Source: Amoeboaphelidium protococcarum X5 (taxonomy: Eukaryota; Fungi; Aphelidiomycota). From it: a DNA stretch of 64,000 nucleotides. Every line of letters starts with the position of its first letter. Position 1 is the first letter of the stretch. Positions 35,924-48,932 of this stretch are shown piece by piece. The notes below the pieces were generated by a model, which saw only the letters and a list, made by a program, of their open reading frames with translations, was not told the origin of the DNA and ran no database searches. Position numbers and translations under genes: made by a program. The stretch lies in contig JALDTO010000266.1 in NCBI GenBank assembly GCA_023515725.1, positions 893,070-957,069 of the forward strand, read 5' to 3'.

Positions 35924-38840
35924 TCAAATTTCAAACTTTTGACGCTTGATGTGCAGCACGTTCTGCTTGATCAAATCGCGAAGCATTGGCTGATATACAC
36001 ACTTCATGGTTGGGAGGAGGATTCCTTTATCACCAAGACCATTATTCAGGATCAGATTAGCTCCAATAGCGGCTGGGATACCGACAGTCTTTGCCATGGC
36101 TGTATGACCAGCTGGATCACCATACTCAATCATGGAGATGGTATGTCTCTCTCTGACCGAATCTCCCTTCTAGATTGTAAAGTCATGATGAAGTATGACC
36201 AAATCTCTCTCACCTTCTTGGTATATCAACTTTTACTGTAAAACTTCACATAAAGCATCCAATTTGGAATTTTTGTTCGTAATTTTAAGATCATTGTTGA
36301 ACAGTCCAAGCCATTTGAAAGCATCCACCACAGAGACTCTCTGGTTATCATGGATCTTGTTGGCGAATAATTGATCTAGCGACTAAGCATCTGCAGACTT
36401 GAGACAATAATCCCAGAATGATGTCCAATCTTGAACTGAAGATGGAAGACGCTTTTAAATGTCCAACATACCCAAATCTCTCACGCCACGCATCAACTCG
36501 CTAAATCCTCTGAATCTCAACGTTCCTCTGAACATTGTGTCCAAGTCAGAATCAACCAGGCCATAAGTCTTGATATACTTCATACTATCTCTGTTAGGAA
36601 GCACTTCAAGATTGAAGCCCTTATACAATTCAATACCTTCCGCATAATCTAAAATCGCACCACCTTCCCCAATCTTGACCAATTCTCCATCCATTCTATA
36701 CTACGCCGGATTAAGAGCTGCTAGTAATACCCCACGTGGAGACCAACTGAATTTGTATCCAAACGGATTATCTGAGCACTCGGGTGCAGGTAGACCGCCA
36801 CAGACCGACTTGAAAGATGTGATTTTGTATCCTTGAGCCTTCACAGAATCAAAGAACTCCATAGCTAGCAGGTGATCAATACCAGGATCGAGGCCGACTT
36901 CATTAAGAACAGATATTCCAGCTTAATCAATCTCTCCTCTCTTGGACTCAATCTAAGGTGACAGATAACTGGCAGTCACCATATTTCTCTTTGCAGATAT
37001 ACAAGCATCAAGCACTTGCGGATGAAACATTGCAGGCACCAAACTGATTGCAATATCATGTCTGTGCACCAAATCATGGAGTTCTTGTGCATTGGATACA
37101 TCTAAACCAGCAATCTGAACATTCTTGTATGGCTGCACAAGTTTCTGAGCTTCTTCCTGATTATTACTTGCAATAGTGATATCAACATCGCCTTATTACT
37201 ATAAGTAGTCAATCACGGGAGCGCATACTCTTCCAGATCCCAATATCAGTGCTTTTTTGGTCACTTTAATGTTCAATGCAGAATCAACTAGAGGCTTCAA
37301 ATTCTAAAATCTAGAAACCAACTTTCCATTTTAAGCAATAGTAGCATTCTACATCACTTTATTGCTGCCTTTAGATAGATATTCCATTAACAGAGGTGTC
37401 AAATGAGTACTGAAATGCTAAGTTGCTTCAAATGGCATTTCCGCCGGCAGATTATCAATGGACATGACTGTAAACCCATCTTTACCAATGCCTGGAGTCT
37501 ATTTTATCGTTGGCTTTGATGCATCAACCGTAAAGAATGGCTCATCAATAGTGGAAGCATGATCCATAAACTCCAGAGGCCCAGAAATGTCACAAGATAT
37601 ATCAGCTACAGCCAACATCTTCAAAGGGGCTGACTTTTATAGTTGATGCAATTAAGCATTAGTCAAGAGTCGTGGATAATTTTCATCCCAATAAGCACCA
37701 TTTACAAGAACTGAAGTATGGGGTACAACTTTCTCGTGGAATACAGATCGATACGCCTTAGTACCTTGTGTTAGATAATCCTGCATATCAAACCGCTTAC
37801 CTTGAGTGTTCACCAGATAATCCTCAGGCTTCAGCATAACTCCATAAATCTTGTCTCGTTTCAATTGATCTGCACCAGTCTTTAATAGCTACTCCAACGT
37901 AATCATCTAATGAGGTAGTTTTTGAAAGATTTACAATGCTCCCTACACCTATTATATTAAACGATGTGAAAACGAGGTACTTAATAGCTCAGAATATATA
38001 AAAGTACATATATACCTTGGTCACGTTGCCAGCACCGGTAAACATAAAGATCAGAGGAACAAAATCTTTAGATAGTCCACCTGAGGCGATCAATCTACCA
38101 GCAGCGGCAACTTGCTCTTCAGCCTGCTTCAGCTCATAATGATTGTAAGCTCTGGATATGTTCACAAACGGCGTATTATATCCATGAGACAATAACTTTA
38201 GTCCGAGACCATGAAGAATATCAATCATACCAGCGTATCCAGCATATTATCCAAAAGCTACCAATCTTCTTTACTACTAGTCGACCAACAGTTCATAATC
38301 CATTAGATGAATATTCTACAATGAATGAAGTAATTAAATATCCCATCACAATATGAGTGAGTGTAAACACAACAACATACCTTTTCTAGAACATTCTTTA
38401 GGAGTGGCATATTGTGCTTCTATCCCTTGTGCGTATGACTAAAGAACATGTATTACTTATTAGGAATCAGTTGCTTGGTGGGAACCTCCTTGATACCCAA
38501 TATCAAATCAGCATCACTCAAATCATCCCTAACAATTGCACCAGCCTACAAATTATCACTAATAAGAAAACTGATATATAATGTAATGATAACGAGGAAT
38601 AAAAAATACCTTGGAATACTCTTGATCAGTGAAAATTCTCTTATTGCAAGGTTGAATGAGCACTTTCGAATGTTTACTCAATTCTGAGACAGCCTGAGGA
38701 GTCAGTGGTGAGCGCCGTTCCCACTTTCCCTTATCCTCCCTCCTGATACCAATAGATTTGAACCTCTTCTAAGAATACTGTAACTATTTCACTGCATTAC
38801 CAGCATTAATTCGCATTGACAAGGATTGTTTCAACATCAT
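35924..38840 (-). CDS. AASS: Bifunctional alpha-aminoadipic semialdehyde synthase (lysine-ketoglutarate reductase + saccharopine dehydrogenase)
   Basis: [52 protein letters not shown], then [44 protein letters not shown]; three short introns in the 5' part; presequence-like N-terminus. Confidence 0.93.
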
Positions 38841-39452
38841 GATGTATACGTCCGTTAGACACTGCTCGCCGAGAAGAATCAAGGTTCGGGAATAATGAAC
38901 AGCCCAGATGGGCAAGTTTTAGGCGACAGTTGTCGTTCGAAACCACCGCCACTTCGGTCTATCTCTGTTTCAGCAAGCAAGACCTTTCCCGCCCGGGTAA
39001 AACATTGCTGCCGAGTATATGCGCCGCGCTGATCACAATCAACTACCTCCTCCCTGTTAGTTGTTGTGTCGGCACTTTTTATGCTGCAATTGAAGATCAT
39101 CGCGTTGGTGTGTGTGTCATAATCTCGTGTGAACTTTGGTAGCCACTTATAATGTTCTTCTATTCAACTCTTACGCGAAGTACATATATGTACACAGTAT
39201 ACATTTCTATATATGCTATGCAATGTACAGTAATTACTGTATGATCAAGCGCCGAGTCGGAAAATCAAGTCTAAAAATAGCCGCCACTACGCAATGCAGA
39301 AAAAAGCATATCATGATTACTGTACATCATCTGGCTGTTACAAGATGCATTGCCTTTACTCATATTATCTTTTCTTACTCATTGTTAAAAATAAATTGTA
39401 TATAAAGTGCATATTTAAAACCCAAATACTGCTTCTGGTTTGTTGAAAGGGA

Positions 39453-42290
39453 ATGATCATCTAGAATTTCATTGGGATATTATAGGCTCTTCTGTTGCTG
39501 GTAGTGAATGGACAATTTCCTGTAAACACTGGTGGAATCAGGACTTTATTTGCATCAAATGAAAGAGGGACTTTATATGGTGTTGCCATCACCTCTGATC
39601 AGTTGTTGGTAATGTCGGTCGATGCTATCACTGGGTCATTCAATATTATGCGTAATTTCCTTATCGGAAGCAATACGAATGTGGCAATCCCCAATGTAGC
39701 ATTAAATAAGAATGCTACAACTTTGTACGTCTTTGGCCATACAATCAATAAGGTAGACTCTCTATGTAATCCTGCTAATTGCGCAAGGAACAGTGTATTC
39801 ATGATAATTATAGATATTGCGACGTTTAATAGCACTTTTGCTTATGGTCCCTCTGATAACCTCTCGTTAAAGTACACTGTTTATGGCGGTGCAGTTAACT
39901 CGGTTACCGATAACGCTTATCTGATCTATGGCTCAGAATCACTCTATTTTTTAATCTATTGCTATTTTAATGCAAGGATTCTGACTTATAGTCCTAATAC
40001 TAAGAGCTATTCTAATGTTGGAGGGAAAAGTCTAATTACTGTATGCGGTTATGGGGGATCAGCTCTTATCAGTCAGACATCTTCTGATCAAATGGTGTAT
40101 TACTTGTCTGTGTAAACAAATGAAGGTGAACTTCGTTATGATTTCATTTAATTTGACGGTAGAACTAGTAATTAATAGCTCTCTGGCTCGCCACCATTTT
40201 TCACGGCGTTTGGTTATTCCTAGTATTTTAACTAATCGGTCGGCTTAATCTGGTAAAATGGTGCTAATCTGTTGCAATACTATGCTCCTAATAAGTATGA
40301 GCTGCGGTCAAATTTCTCTCTACCTTCATATTTGAATACTTCAGTAGTCCCATCATCCTTGTCCTATAGTGAAAAGTACGTCATATTTGCCAGTACTAAT
40401 GGGTGGTTAGTTTTTGTAAATCAGACGGGCACCATTGGATATAATGTATCTACTGGACTTTCGAATATTATCTCTACTGCATATGACCCTGCTACAGGAT
40501 TCATGTATCTATCCACTGTATCATAGATAGTCTAATTGCCTTTACCTGCATTGTTGATGGGTCCGAGGATTATCACCACCACTACGCCGACAACGACAAC
40601 TACCACCACGACAACTACCACCACGACAACAACAACTACTACTACTAGTACAAAGACTAGTTCCTCGACCATCACGTCATCTACAGTAACACCTTCTACC
40701 GCGATGACGACTACGAAGGCATCTACGGCGACGACCACTACCACTACTACCACCAGCACAACGACTACTACCTCCACGCCTACTACTTCGACATCGACCA
40801 CCACCACCACAACATCCACTACGACGACGACTATCTCAACTCTTACTAGCACTTTGGTGCTTACCAGTTCATTATCATCTGTACTTCCGGCTACTAGCAT
40901 TGTTATTTCCACATCATTGTACAATGTCAGTGATGTGTCTGCTTCCGTATATACTGGACTGGAATCTGTTATATCGCCCTCATTCAGAAAGACGTCTTTT
41001 ATCACGTTCGCGTTAAGCCATACTCCTTATAGTTCTTCCTTCCTGGCTACCACGTCTCTCAATGAAGACGTAGCGGGACAAATCTAGCCTGGTACTTAGT
41101 TCTCTATGATGACATTATATATAATAGTTATTGCTGTAGTTTGTGTTGTAATCGTGGCACTGGTTTTGCTGACTATGTATTGCATCAGGCGAAGATACAT
41201 TAAAACTCGCATGAGATCATCCCAGGCACTGCTATCAAAGAATAATGGAGGTATGACTGATCAAGTATTTGATACGGCGAATTTTTTGGTGACGTAAATT
41301 GGAGGTACAGCGCTGAGTGGTACAACCTTTATGAACACATCAATGGAAGTTGCAGTGCCTGCATATTTGGAGTTGAAACGTGATCTGAACTTCAGGATGG
41401 TACCTAACTCGTTTGTCAACAAGGGCGGATAAGCTGAGATTTAGATTGCTGATATATTTTATTATCCGCTTGGACATCCTTTTGCTGCGAGCGGTGAATA
41501 ATTTGTGGCTGCTAAATGTTTCATTGGTGACATCAAGAGAGACAGTGTCAAGTAGGAGATTGCTTTAATATGGAGATTTAAAGATTACGATCAGATTGCA
41601 AAGTTGATAGGATTTGATAGCCAGCAGAACATATTGCTTATGATCAATTACTAACTAGGCTCTTTGGAATCTCTCATTCAAAGTCAGACTCAGTATGCTC
41701 AGTAAGTCGACTTCTCTTTCCAGTTGTAGTAAATTCTTTGCCTGGATGTTATCACAGCTTTGACTATCCTGCACCAGAATGCCGTAGTTCACAATGACAT
41801 CAAGTCTGGCAACTACTTATTGTATTAAGATGTCAATGGGTTTTTGCGGGCTGCTTTGACCGATTTTGGTATTTGTACCCTCCAATCGCAGGCCATCTAT
41901 GTTTAAGGCATCCAATGGAATAGGCTTCAAGGTCACTCTGTCATGTATGCTGCACCAGAAGTTTTGTCCAGATCGTAGGTACCCGATTAGCTTCTCCCTG
42001 CTAGAGATGTTTATGCTGGCGCTGTGGTGATGTTTGAGATTTTGGCGCGTAGAAAGGCATGGGCTGGCTACAAAGCAGCTCAAGTCTCTGAAATGGTACT
42101 GAGTGGGTAAAGACCGGAAGCCAAAGTTCTGGATGATCGTGCACAAATGCTCCTTTAGGTGATTTAACTAGCCTGGGCTTAAGATCCTTCCATGAGGCCT
42201 TCCGCTGCATAGGTGGTTAGTGAGCTGTAGAATTTGCATAATTTTAAAAATAATGATGATAGAGTGATATAGTAATTAGATTATTAGTGA
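39453..42290 (+). CDS. Receptor-like transmembrane protein kinase, 945 aa
   Basis: Single frame with TAR=Gln: signal peptide, beta-rich ectodomain, Thr/Ser stalk, TM helix (41110-41185), kinase motifs VAAK, HNDIKSGN, DFG, YAAPE, DVYA, RP. Confidence 0.9.
40573..40835 (+). repeat. ACN-codon low-complexity repeat encoding mucin-like poly-Thr stalk
   Basis: Runs of acc/acg/aca/act; translation TTTTPTTTTTTT... Confidence 0.9.
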
Positions 42291-42316
42291 TTTTTGTGTG
42301 TTGGATTTAAACTATT

Positions 42317-42913
42317 TCATGATTGAATACGCAATTCATATGCATAATATCCATCTTTATCCATCAGAGAATATTCATTCCGAGCCATCTTGGATATCTG
42401 CAAACGATTGATAGACACTTCGCCCAACTCGAAATCTTTATGCAAAGTCATCAGTTCCGTAGCATCAAATGGCCTGTTGTCAGCGTACTTGACATTGATC
42501 AAAGTCATGTGCAGTTTCAGCTCTTCAAAGGCAAAGCGCGTCGCTAATCCTTCGCAAATGTACCGATTCAACAGATCCTTTAACATGGTCTCTAACAATT
42601 AATCAGGACATTGTACATTCATATAAACAACCTTGGCAGATTTCATTGTTCCCTTCATTAGGTGAATACCCTGCAATTTAACGCAAATGTCAGCTGGTAG
42701 TTGAAACTCACGTAGTACGCGCTTACACCTTTCCAATTTGTCAGCATCTTGAAGATTAAACATCCCCAAAGTCAAATGCAATCTATTCCAAGGGAGAATC
42801 GCGTTATCAGGTACTCCGAGAGACTTCATCTAAGTCACCAGCTTACTATGGGACTCGGCAATGCAGTCATAATTCAATGGAATAGAGAGAAAATGTGTCC
42901 ATTATCTTCGCAT
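42317..42913 (-). CDS. 2H phosphoesterase, AKAP7/ASCC1-like, 198 aa
   Basis: WTHFLSIPL, RLHLTLGM and KLHMTLIN (two HxT motifs), FDATELM, DGYY. Confidence 0.85.
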
Positions 42914-43133
42914 ATTTGACACTCTATATTTAAAACGACTTGCTGTGATAACAAAAGGATTAGTTTGGAATTAGATTTCCGTGTCATTCATTATCTAATG
43001 AAGATGCGATAAGTCAACGTTTCAGCTTTGTTCCAAGTACCATAAACGATAAAACAGACAAAAAGAGAACTTCGAGATGGCTAAAGATGCAATATATACT
43101 AATCTATAAACAAGCTACTATATGCAAGAACTG

Positions 43134-44897
43134 TCAAACGAATAGAATGGAAATCCTTCTAATCCAGTTGCCAAAACGGGCTGTGACGCCTTTAGTGCCT
43201 CCCAACAACTAATCCCTGGTCGTGGCACCAAATGTCTATGCCAATTCCTGATCACCTTCCAGAACGACGCGTAAGAGCCCATTCCGCGCCTTGTCAAAGT
43301 AGGTCACAGTAATGTATTGAAAATGCTCACTGAAAACCAATTATTCTCGTACTATAGACTCCCATTACTTGATAATTTCTATGAACAGGTCCAGAGTCCA
43401 TACTATGATATTGTATCGCTTTATAGGCAAGTCTAAAACTAATCTAAATTTCTAGATCCACTACTACCAAATAACCATTTCTTTGCATTCCACCGACATA
43501 TCCTCAAAAGGTAAAGCCTAGATACCTTATGGCAAACTTTTTATAGTATTCTTTATTTTCCACCTATTTACTTCGGCTTATTGAATATCCATAGAGCGAA
43601 ACTTCAAATTCAACGGGGCAAGGCCATTTTGCAGAATCTCAGTCAAATAATGGTCAATCACTATGTCATTTTTTATTAGTCGCAGAAATCCATTCTGATC
43701 CAGTCTTTAGATAATAATAGTTTCAAACCCGTGGAAGTCAATAAAGTTATCGCGTGGAATAATATTACGCCAAAAATCCCCATAAACTGATCGGGCATGA
43801 TCGACCCAATGCCTATCACTTAGATGATGATCATTAAATCGGAATCTAAATTCAAATCTAAACTTCAAGTCTTTCTCCAATGACAAAGACCGCAACTCAG
43901 CAACAAGCTTCTTTATTATTAAGGCATATGTCGCAGCATTTTTTCTATAAGTATTAAGAAACATCCACTGAAATCTAAATCTCACCAATCTGGTATGGGA
44001 AAGCTGCGTACCCTGCTTAAATCTTATATTGCCATAATTGGAGTCCTAAGCTAAAGATTCTAGCATATATGACGAGACTTCCAATTCCAAGACTCTATGT
44101 GATTCTATAGTTTAGAACTTATGAGATATAGGACTCAAAGACTACTATTTCAGCCAAAAAGCGTGCAGATTACCTCGTATAATGGATCCCCAATTAGACG
44201 GATATTACTCATCTACATTGACACCCAAATAAGTAACGCCAGACTTTTGCTGGACAATATAGGTAGTTCCAACTAAATCAGCTCTAAATATACGCTTCTG
44301 TCTAAATTACAACTAATCCAGAACGCGTAAATAAGACTTATCCTAACGCGACAATAAATATCCTTTGCATTGGAAGCTGACAAAAAAATCTTAATATGCT
44401 TCTGCTGGGAATTTCTTCGTGCTTTCAGACAATAGCTTTATAATTTAGATCTACAACTTAGTCAGAATACTGTTGTAAGAACCGTCACCCTAAGCTAGGA
44501 TAGTTATCCTATTTTAAAGAATCAAATCCTATCCATACCGAGTAATGCTTTAGATTGGAGAATCATCCTAAGGCCAACGAATCTTGAACAGCAGCATATA
44601 CACACTCGCTCTGAATTCCATAGACAGACACCACACTGACCAGTCCGGCTCTAATTATAACGATAGTCTCAAGGTGTTTTTATCAACAGAAAATAGGCGT
44701 CTGAGATGCCCACAATGCTATTTGACGCGATGGAAATAATGCAGTGGATCCTCAGTAGCTAGGAGTGTTGGACGTCTCGGTATCACTCGTTGAAGAATAT
44801 CGCGGCCTTAAGCATCATCAAGAAGTCGTAGATAAGTCTGAGAGCCCTTCACTAAATGAAGCAATAAGGCAATGCATTTGACCAGCACTAGCCGCAT
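43134..44897 (-). CDS. Orphan 587-aa protein with probable signal peptide (candidate secreted effector)
   Basis: Intact with TAR=Gln; N-terminus MRLVLVKCIALLLHLVKG; includes track ORF 43707-43988; TGA 43134-43136. Confidence 0.75.
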
Positions 44898-45074
44898 GTT
44901 GATAGCAGAAGATTAATGCGGCGCGGATGAAAGGAGGAAAACATCTGAATAAGATCCCCTGAGTAAAAAAGTTATTGTAAACAATATCTTCTCAGGTCAC
45001 TCACTACTACTGCTCTATCAAAATTCTCACTATTGAAGAAGCACAAGAATTTAAAAATTTAACTCAGATAATAT

Positions 45075-45700
45075 TCAAAAATTCATTATTGATCTACCCA
45101 CGCGATATATCCAGCTTATCCAGCTTTCTGAATAAGGTTTAAACTCTTCTTCTTCAATAGCACCAAAATCGCCATGTAGATATTAATCTCTGGTGAGTGC
45201 ACCGAACTGTTAAGCCAACTCTATGTCACCTTCCAATACGACGCGAAAATATCTATTCTTTTTCGTATCAAAGTGGCTCGCAATAATATATTCGAAGTGA
45301 GCACTATACGTCAACTAATCGCGCAATGCAGTACCCCATTCGGTAATTATTGTATTAAAATTGTCCTCACTACCACTCACCACTATGTTATACCGCTTAA
45401 TTGGGAGTGGAGTGATTAATCGCATTTGGCGACTCAAGCGTCTCCAAGTCGGCCCTAAGGGAAATTCAACGTACATATCTTCAAATGGAATAGCTTAAGC
45501 CTTCTAAGGAAGCCTGTCTATAGCTCTCAACATTGATTATTAAAACTTTGTGACTTAATTGAATTTTACGACGTTGGAATTACGCTTAATCTAGATGCTG
45601 TCATCCATTTATAATCGCCTCAAACTATAATCTTGAACTACATTTATCATTCGGGACATATTCGTAATGTCCGTTAGCAGTAAGTCTCTCGATGAACACG
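45075..45700 (-). pseudogene. 5'-truncated paralog of the 43134-44897 gene
   Basis: LPQKAQAIPFEDMYVE..LPIKRYNIVV..FRVVLEGDIELAQQFGALTRDQ aligns with LPQGIQALPFEDMSVE..LPIKRYNIIV..LRVVLEGDQELAQTFGATTRDQ. Confidence 0.75.
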
Positions 45701-46071
45701 ACTTCGTTCGTATTCACTTTCATGTATTTATCCTGCATGATAACATTAGATACAAAGTTTATACTGTATATACTTTTTAAGCCTACGGAGACCTGAGTCT
45801 TACTCGCTTTGTTTGTTCAGTGTGATTGGGTCCGATCGGTCTTGGGACTCGCCCAGCAAACTCGCGACTCGTCCTTGGTTTATTTAAAACAAAATCGTCG
45901 CGAAGCTATTGACCACTACTGTGGAAAAAAGTAGTTTGCAAATCGGGACGATTAGTGCTGCGCCACTATGTCATCCTATCTCGCTGGTTGATTTAAAATC
46001 ACCCCTTAGTTTCCTCAGTTGACATCCTTAGAAGATAATCTCTTATGGAACACAATGTTTCTATTCGTCAC

Positions 46072-46931
46072 TCATTTCAAATAAACCACACCTAGAAACC
46101 GCGGAAATAGGATCTTATCATGTCTCCGCAGCACCACGACTTGAGACGCAGTGCCGCTAAGTGGCTCGGAACACGATTGAATAGCTTTATAATTTCTTGT
46201 TACGGGTCCTTCAACTACATCATAATCTTCGGACAAAAAGGAGGATAGCCTATCTCTGCCCGCTTCTGATCATTAAAAATGCAGATATGTTACTTAACCA
46301 ATATCTTCCACGAATCCCCATACACGTGATAATTCTCCAAGTCATCTACTTGAGACCAATCGAACACCAGTATTGCCTGTCCTCCTGACTTATATTTGCT
46401 TATATGCTTAAATACATGTTCTAAACTGTAAGAGCAATAGATTCCATCCCACAGCTCGTTGGGGTTTTCATATTACGAAGACAAATACTAGAAACCATAC
46501 CCCACCTATTTAATGACTAGCGCAGAATTCACAACACCATGATAAAGCAATTTAGATGAGTCTAATTCATCTCGCAATTGTTGAGTAACGGCGGAGATCT
46601 GTTTCAGATCTTGAGGGCATCGAATCGCGTGTATCGTCGTTTCGGCTCGATCTCCGCGTGCACCAACAAATAACTCTCCCAATTTGAATGCCTTTAACTA
46701 TGATGATACTGCGACAGGCACGAATCCAGATGGTATTTGTTTGCCATGTATTCCTCTTTCAGTAGCCATCTAAAAGAGGTGAGCATTTTCGTCGCGTCCC
46801 TCTGGGATAACCACCTCGACCATATCTTGTGCAAAAGCCAGAGCAACATCAGTTGACACGCGAAAGTTCTCCTGAAATAATAGCTAGATTCTTTACTTTC
46901 TTTATTATTATTATTATTAGTATGAATCCAT
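46072..46931 (-). CDS. Putative ADP-ribosyltransferase-fold protein (DUF3990-like); one frameshift as assembled
   Basis: MDSYQQQQQQ (TAA x6), LLYHG, NELWDGIYCS, AILVFDW; after adding one base at A5 46235-46239: YDVVEGPV..SQVVV, TGA 46072-46074. Confidence 0.55.
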
Positions 46932-47340
46932 ATATAAAGAAATATTAGGAATGGATGTTATCAGAGCACCATCTCCAGGCTCTTTCTATTCAGCACTCTT
47001 TGATTGGTTCATTTCGAAATGGATACAATCCAAGTTGAAACATTGATTGGTCAAAAGACTCGTAAATATTTATTCTGGTTCCGGTTGAATTCCTCTGATT
47101 GCTAACACTGAAACAGACAATGGTGTCGTTATAAAAGATCCAAATTTATACCGTGCGCACTCAATTAATGGTGCTGCATATACAGTAGTATGAGACAAAA
47201 GTGGGAACATATATCTTTCATAATTTAACTCGATAGCAATAAAAGCCTTCAACTTAAAGTAAAAGTGTTATTTAATGTTAATGCTAAATGAACATGGGAA
47301 TATATATATATATATATGTATATATATATTTCAAGTAACT

Positions 47341-48801
47341 TCATTCAAAATTTACCAGTTTCCCCTTAACGTACACATCTTTTATTGGAGAATCAACCAT
47401 TTCATAGACAATATGGCGCCAATCTATGTGATCTACAACTACAAAATTAGCCCACTTGTCCTTTTCAATTGAACCATGCAAGTCACTTTTATTGAGCGCG
47501 TATGCAGCATTGATAGTGCTGGCATTCAAAACCTCAGCCAGAGTCATACGCATAATCACACAAGACAAATTCATAACAAACGGCATCGACAAACAGTGCT
47601 ACATTAATAGACATTATGAATCAGAACGTAAGATTTAATGTATAGTTTACCGCATTAGGATTAAAATCGCTTCCCAGGGCTACGATGATACCGCGATCAA
47701 TCATCGATCTGGCAGGAGGTGGTGTGATCCGCAGTATGTGAGCCGTTGTTGGTAGAAGTACTGCAGCGCAATCAGACTTTGCCATTGCCTGTATACCATC
47801 TTCACTAATCTACATTCTCAAACAATAACGGCTGAACAATCATTGAAAAAATAATTTGAGTTCATTAAAACGTACTTACCTCCTCTAAGTGGCTAATAGC
47901 GCGAGAACCAATGGAGGCACCATATTCAGCAGCACCGACGTAGTTGAGCTCATCGCCATGAAAGTTCAACTGTAGGCCAGCTTATTTACCAGCCAGCAAT
48001 AACTACTTAGCTTCATCACCTTCAAATACGTTTCGCTCCATAAAGATATCAAAGTTGTCGCATTACACTGCACCGCTCTTGATTTGAGACAACAGTTGCG
48101 GTAGCTGCTTCTCAATGACATTGCGGGTGGCATCTTTACTAGTCAATCCTTTCGGGACAGAGTGGGCACCAAGAAATGTGGGAGATATTGCAATCTGATG
48201 CAACTGATTAGCTCTGGTCAAGACACGCAGCATTTTTAGCTCAGTCTCAGTCTCAAGACCGTAGCCACTCTTCGCCTCAACTAGCGTAGTGCCCTGCTTC
48301 AACATTCGATCCAGCCTGGGCATTAGAAGTTGAAGCAATTCATCCTCTGTAGCCTGACGCGTCTTCTCAACAGTGAATTGAATACCACCGCCAGCCTGAT
48401 GTATGTCCATATAAGTCGCACCGGCAATCTTCATCTCAAACTCATGAACGCGATCACCAGCGAAAACGGGGTGCGTATGAGCATCTACCAAGCCTGGTAT
48501 AAGGACTTTACCTCGCATATCCACAGTCTAATCAAAAGCAGCATTCATGTACCAGTCTTACTTCTGCAAATTAGCTTCAGTGTCCACAGCAAAAATCTTA
48601 CCATCATTGTCCACCACCACTGTTGCATTCAAAAGCAGGCCCACCTACATTAACCAAGGTTACATGAATTCAATTCGCCAATACAATTCACATCAACAAA
48701 CATACATCATTCATCTCTGCTTTACCGCGCTTATATTATTTTCCATCGCTGCATATAGTCACTACTTGGTCAGCATTCCAAAATCTTAATGGGAACTTCA
48801 T
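47341..48801 (-). CDS. AMDHD1: Imidazolonepropionase (HutI)
   Basis: PGLVDAHTHPVFAGDRVHEF, GGGIQFTV, GTTLVEAKSGYGL, FLGAH, FHGDEL, SHLE, LGSDFNPNA; three short introns. Confidence 0.95.
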
Positions 48802-48932
48802 TTTACGGATGTTGATTGAATAAAAGTTTGAAGACGCGAGTGGTGAATCTACAAAAGTGCTACGTATGAAAAGTCAACAAGAAAATTATTGATCAATATA
48901 CAAAGCCATTGTTTCAACTATTTCAAATGAAT

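Noticed and set aside
40532-41005. Poly-Val ORF on the minus strand
   Set aside because: Antisense shadow of the poly-Thr stalk.
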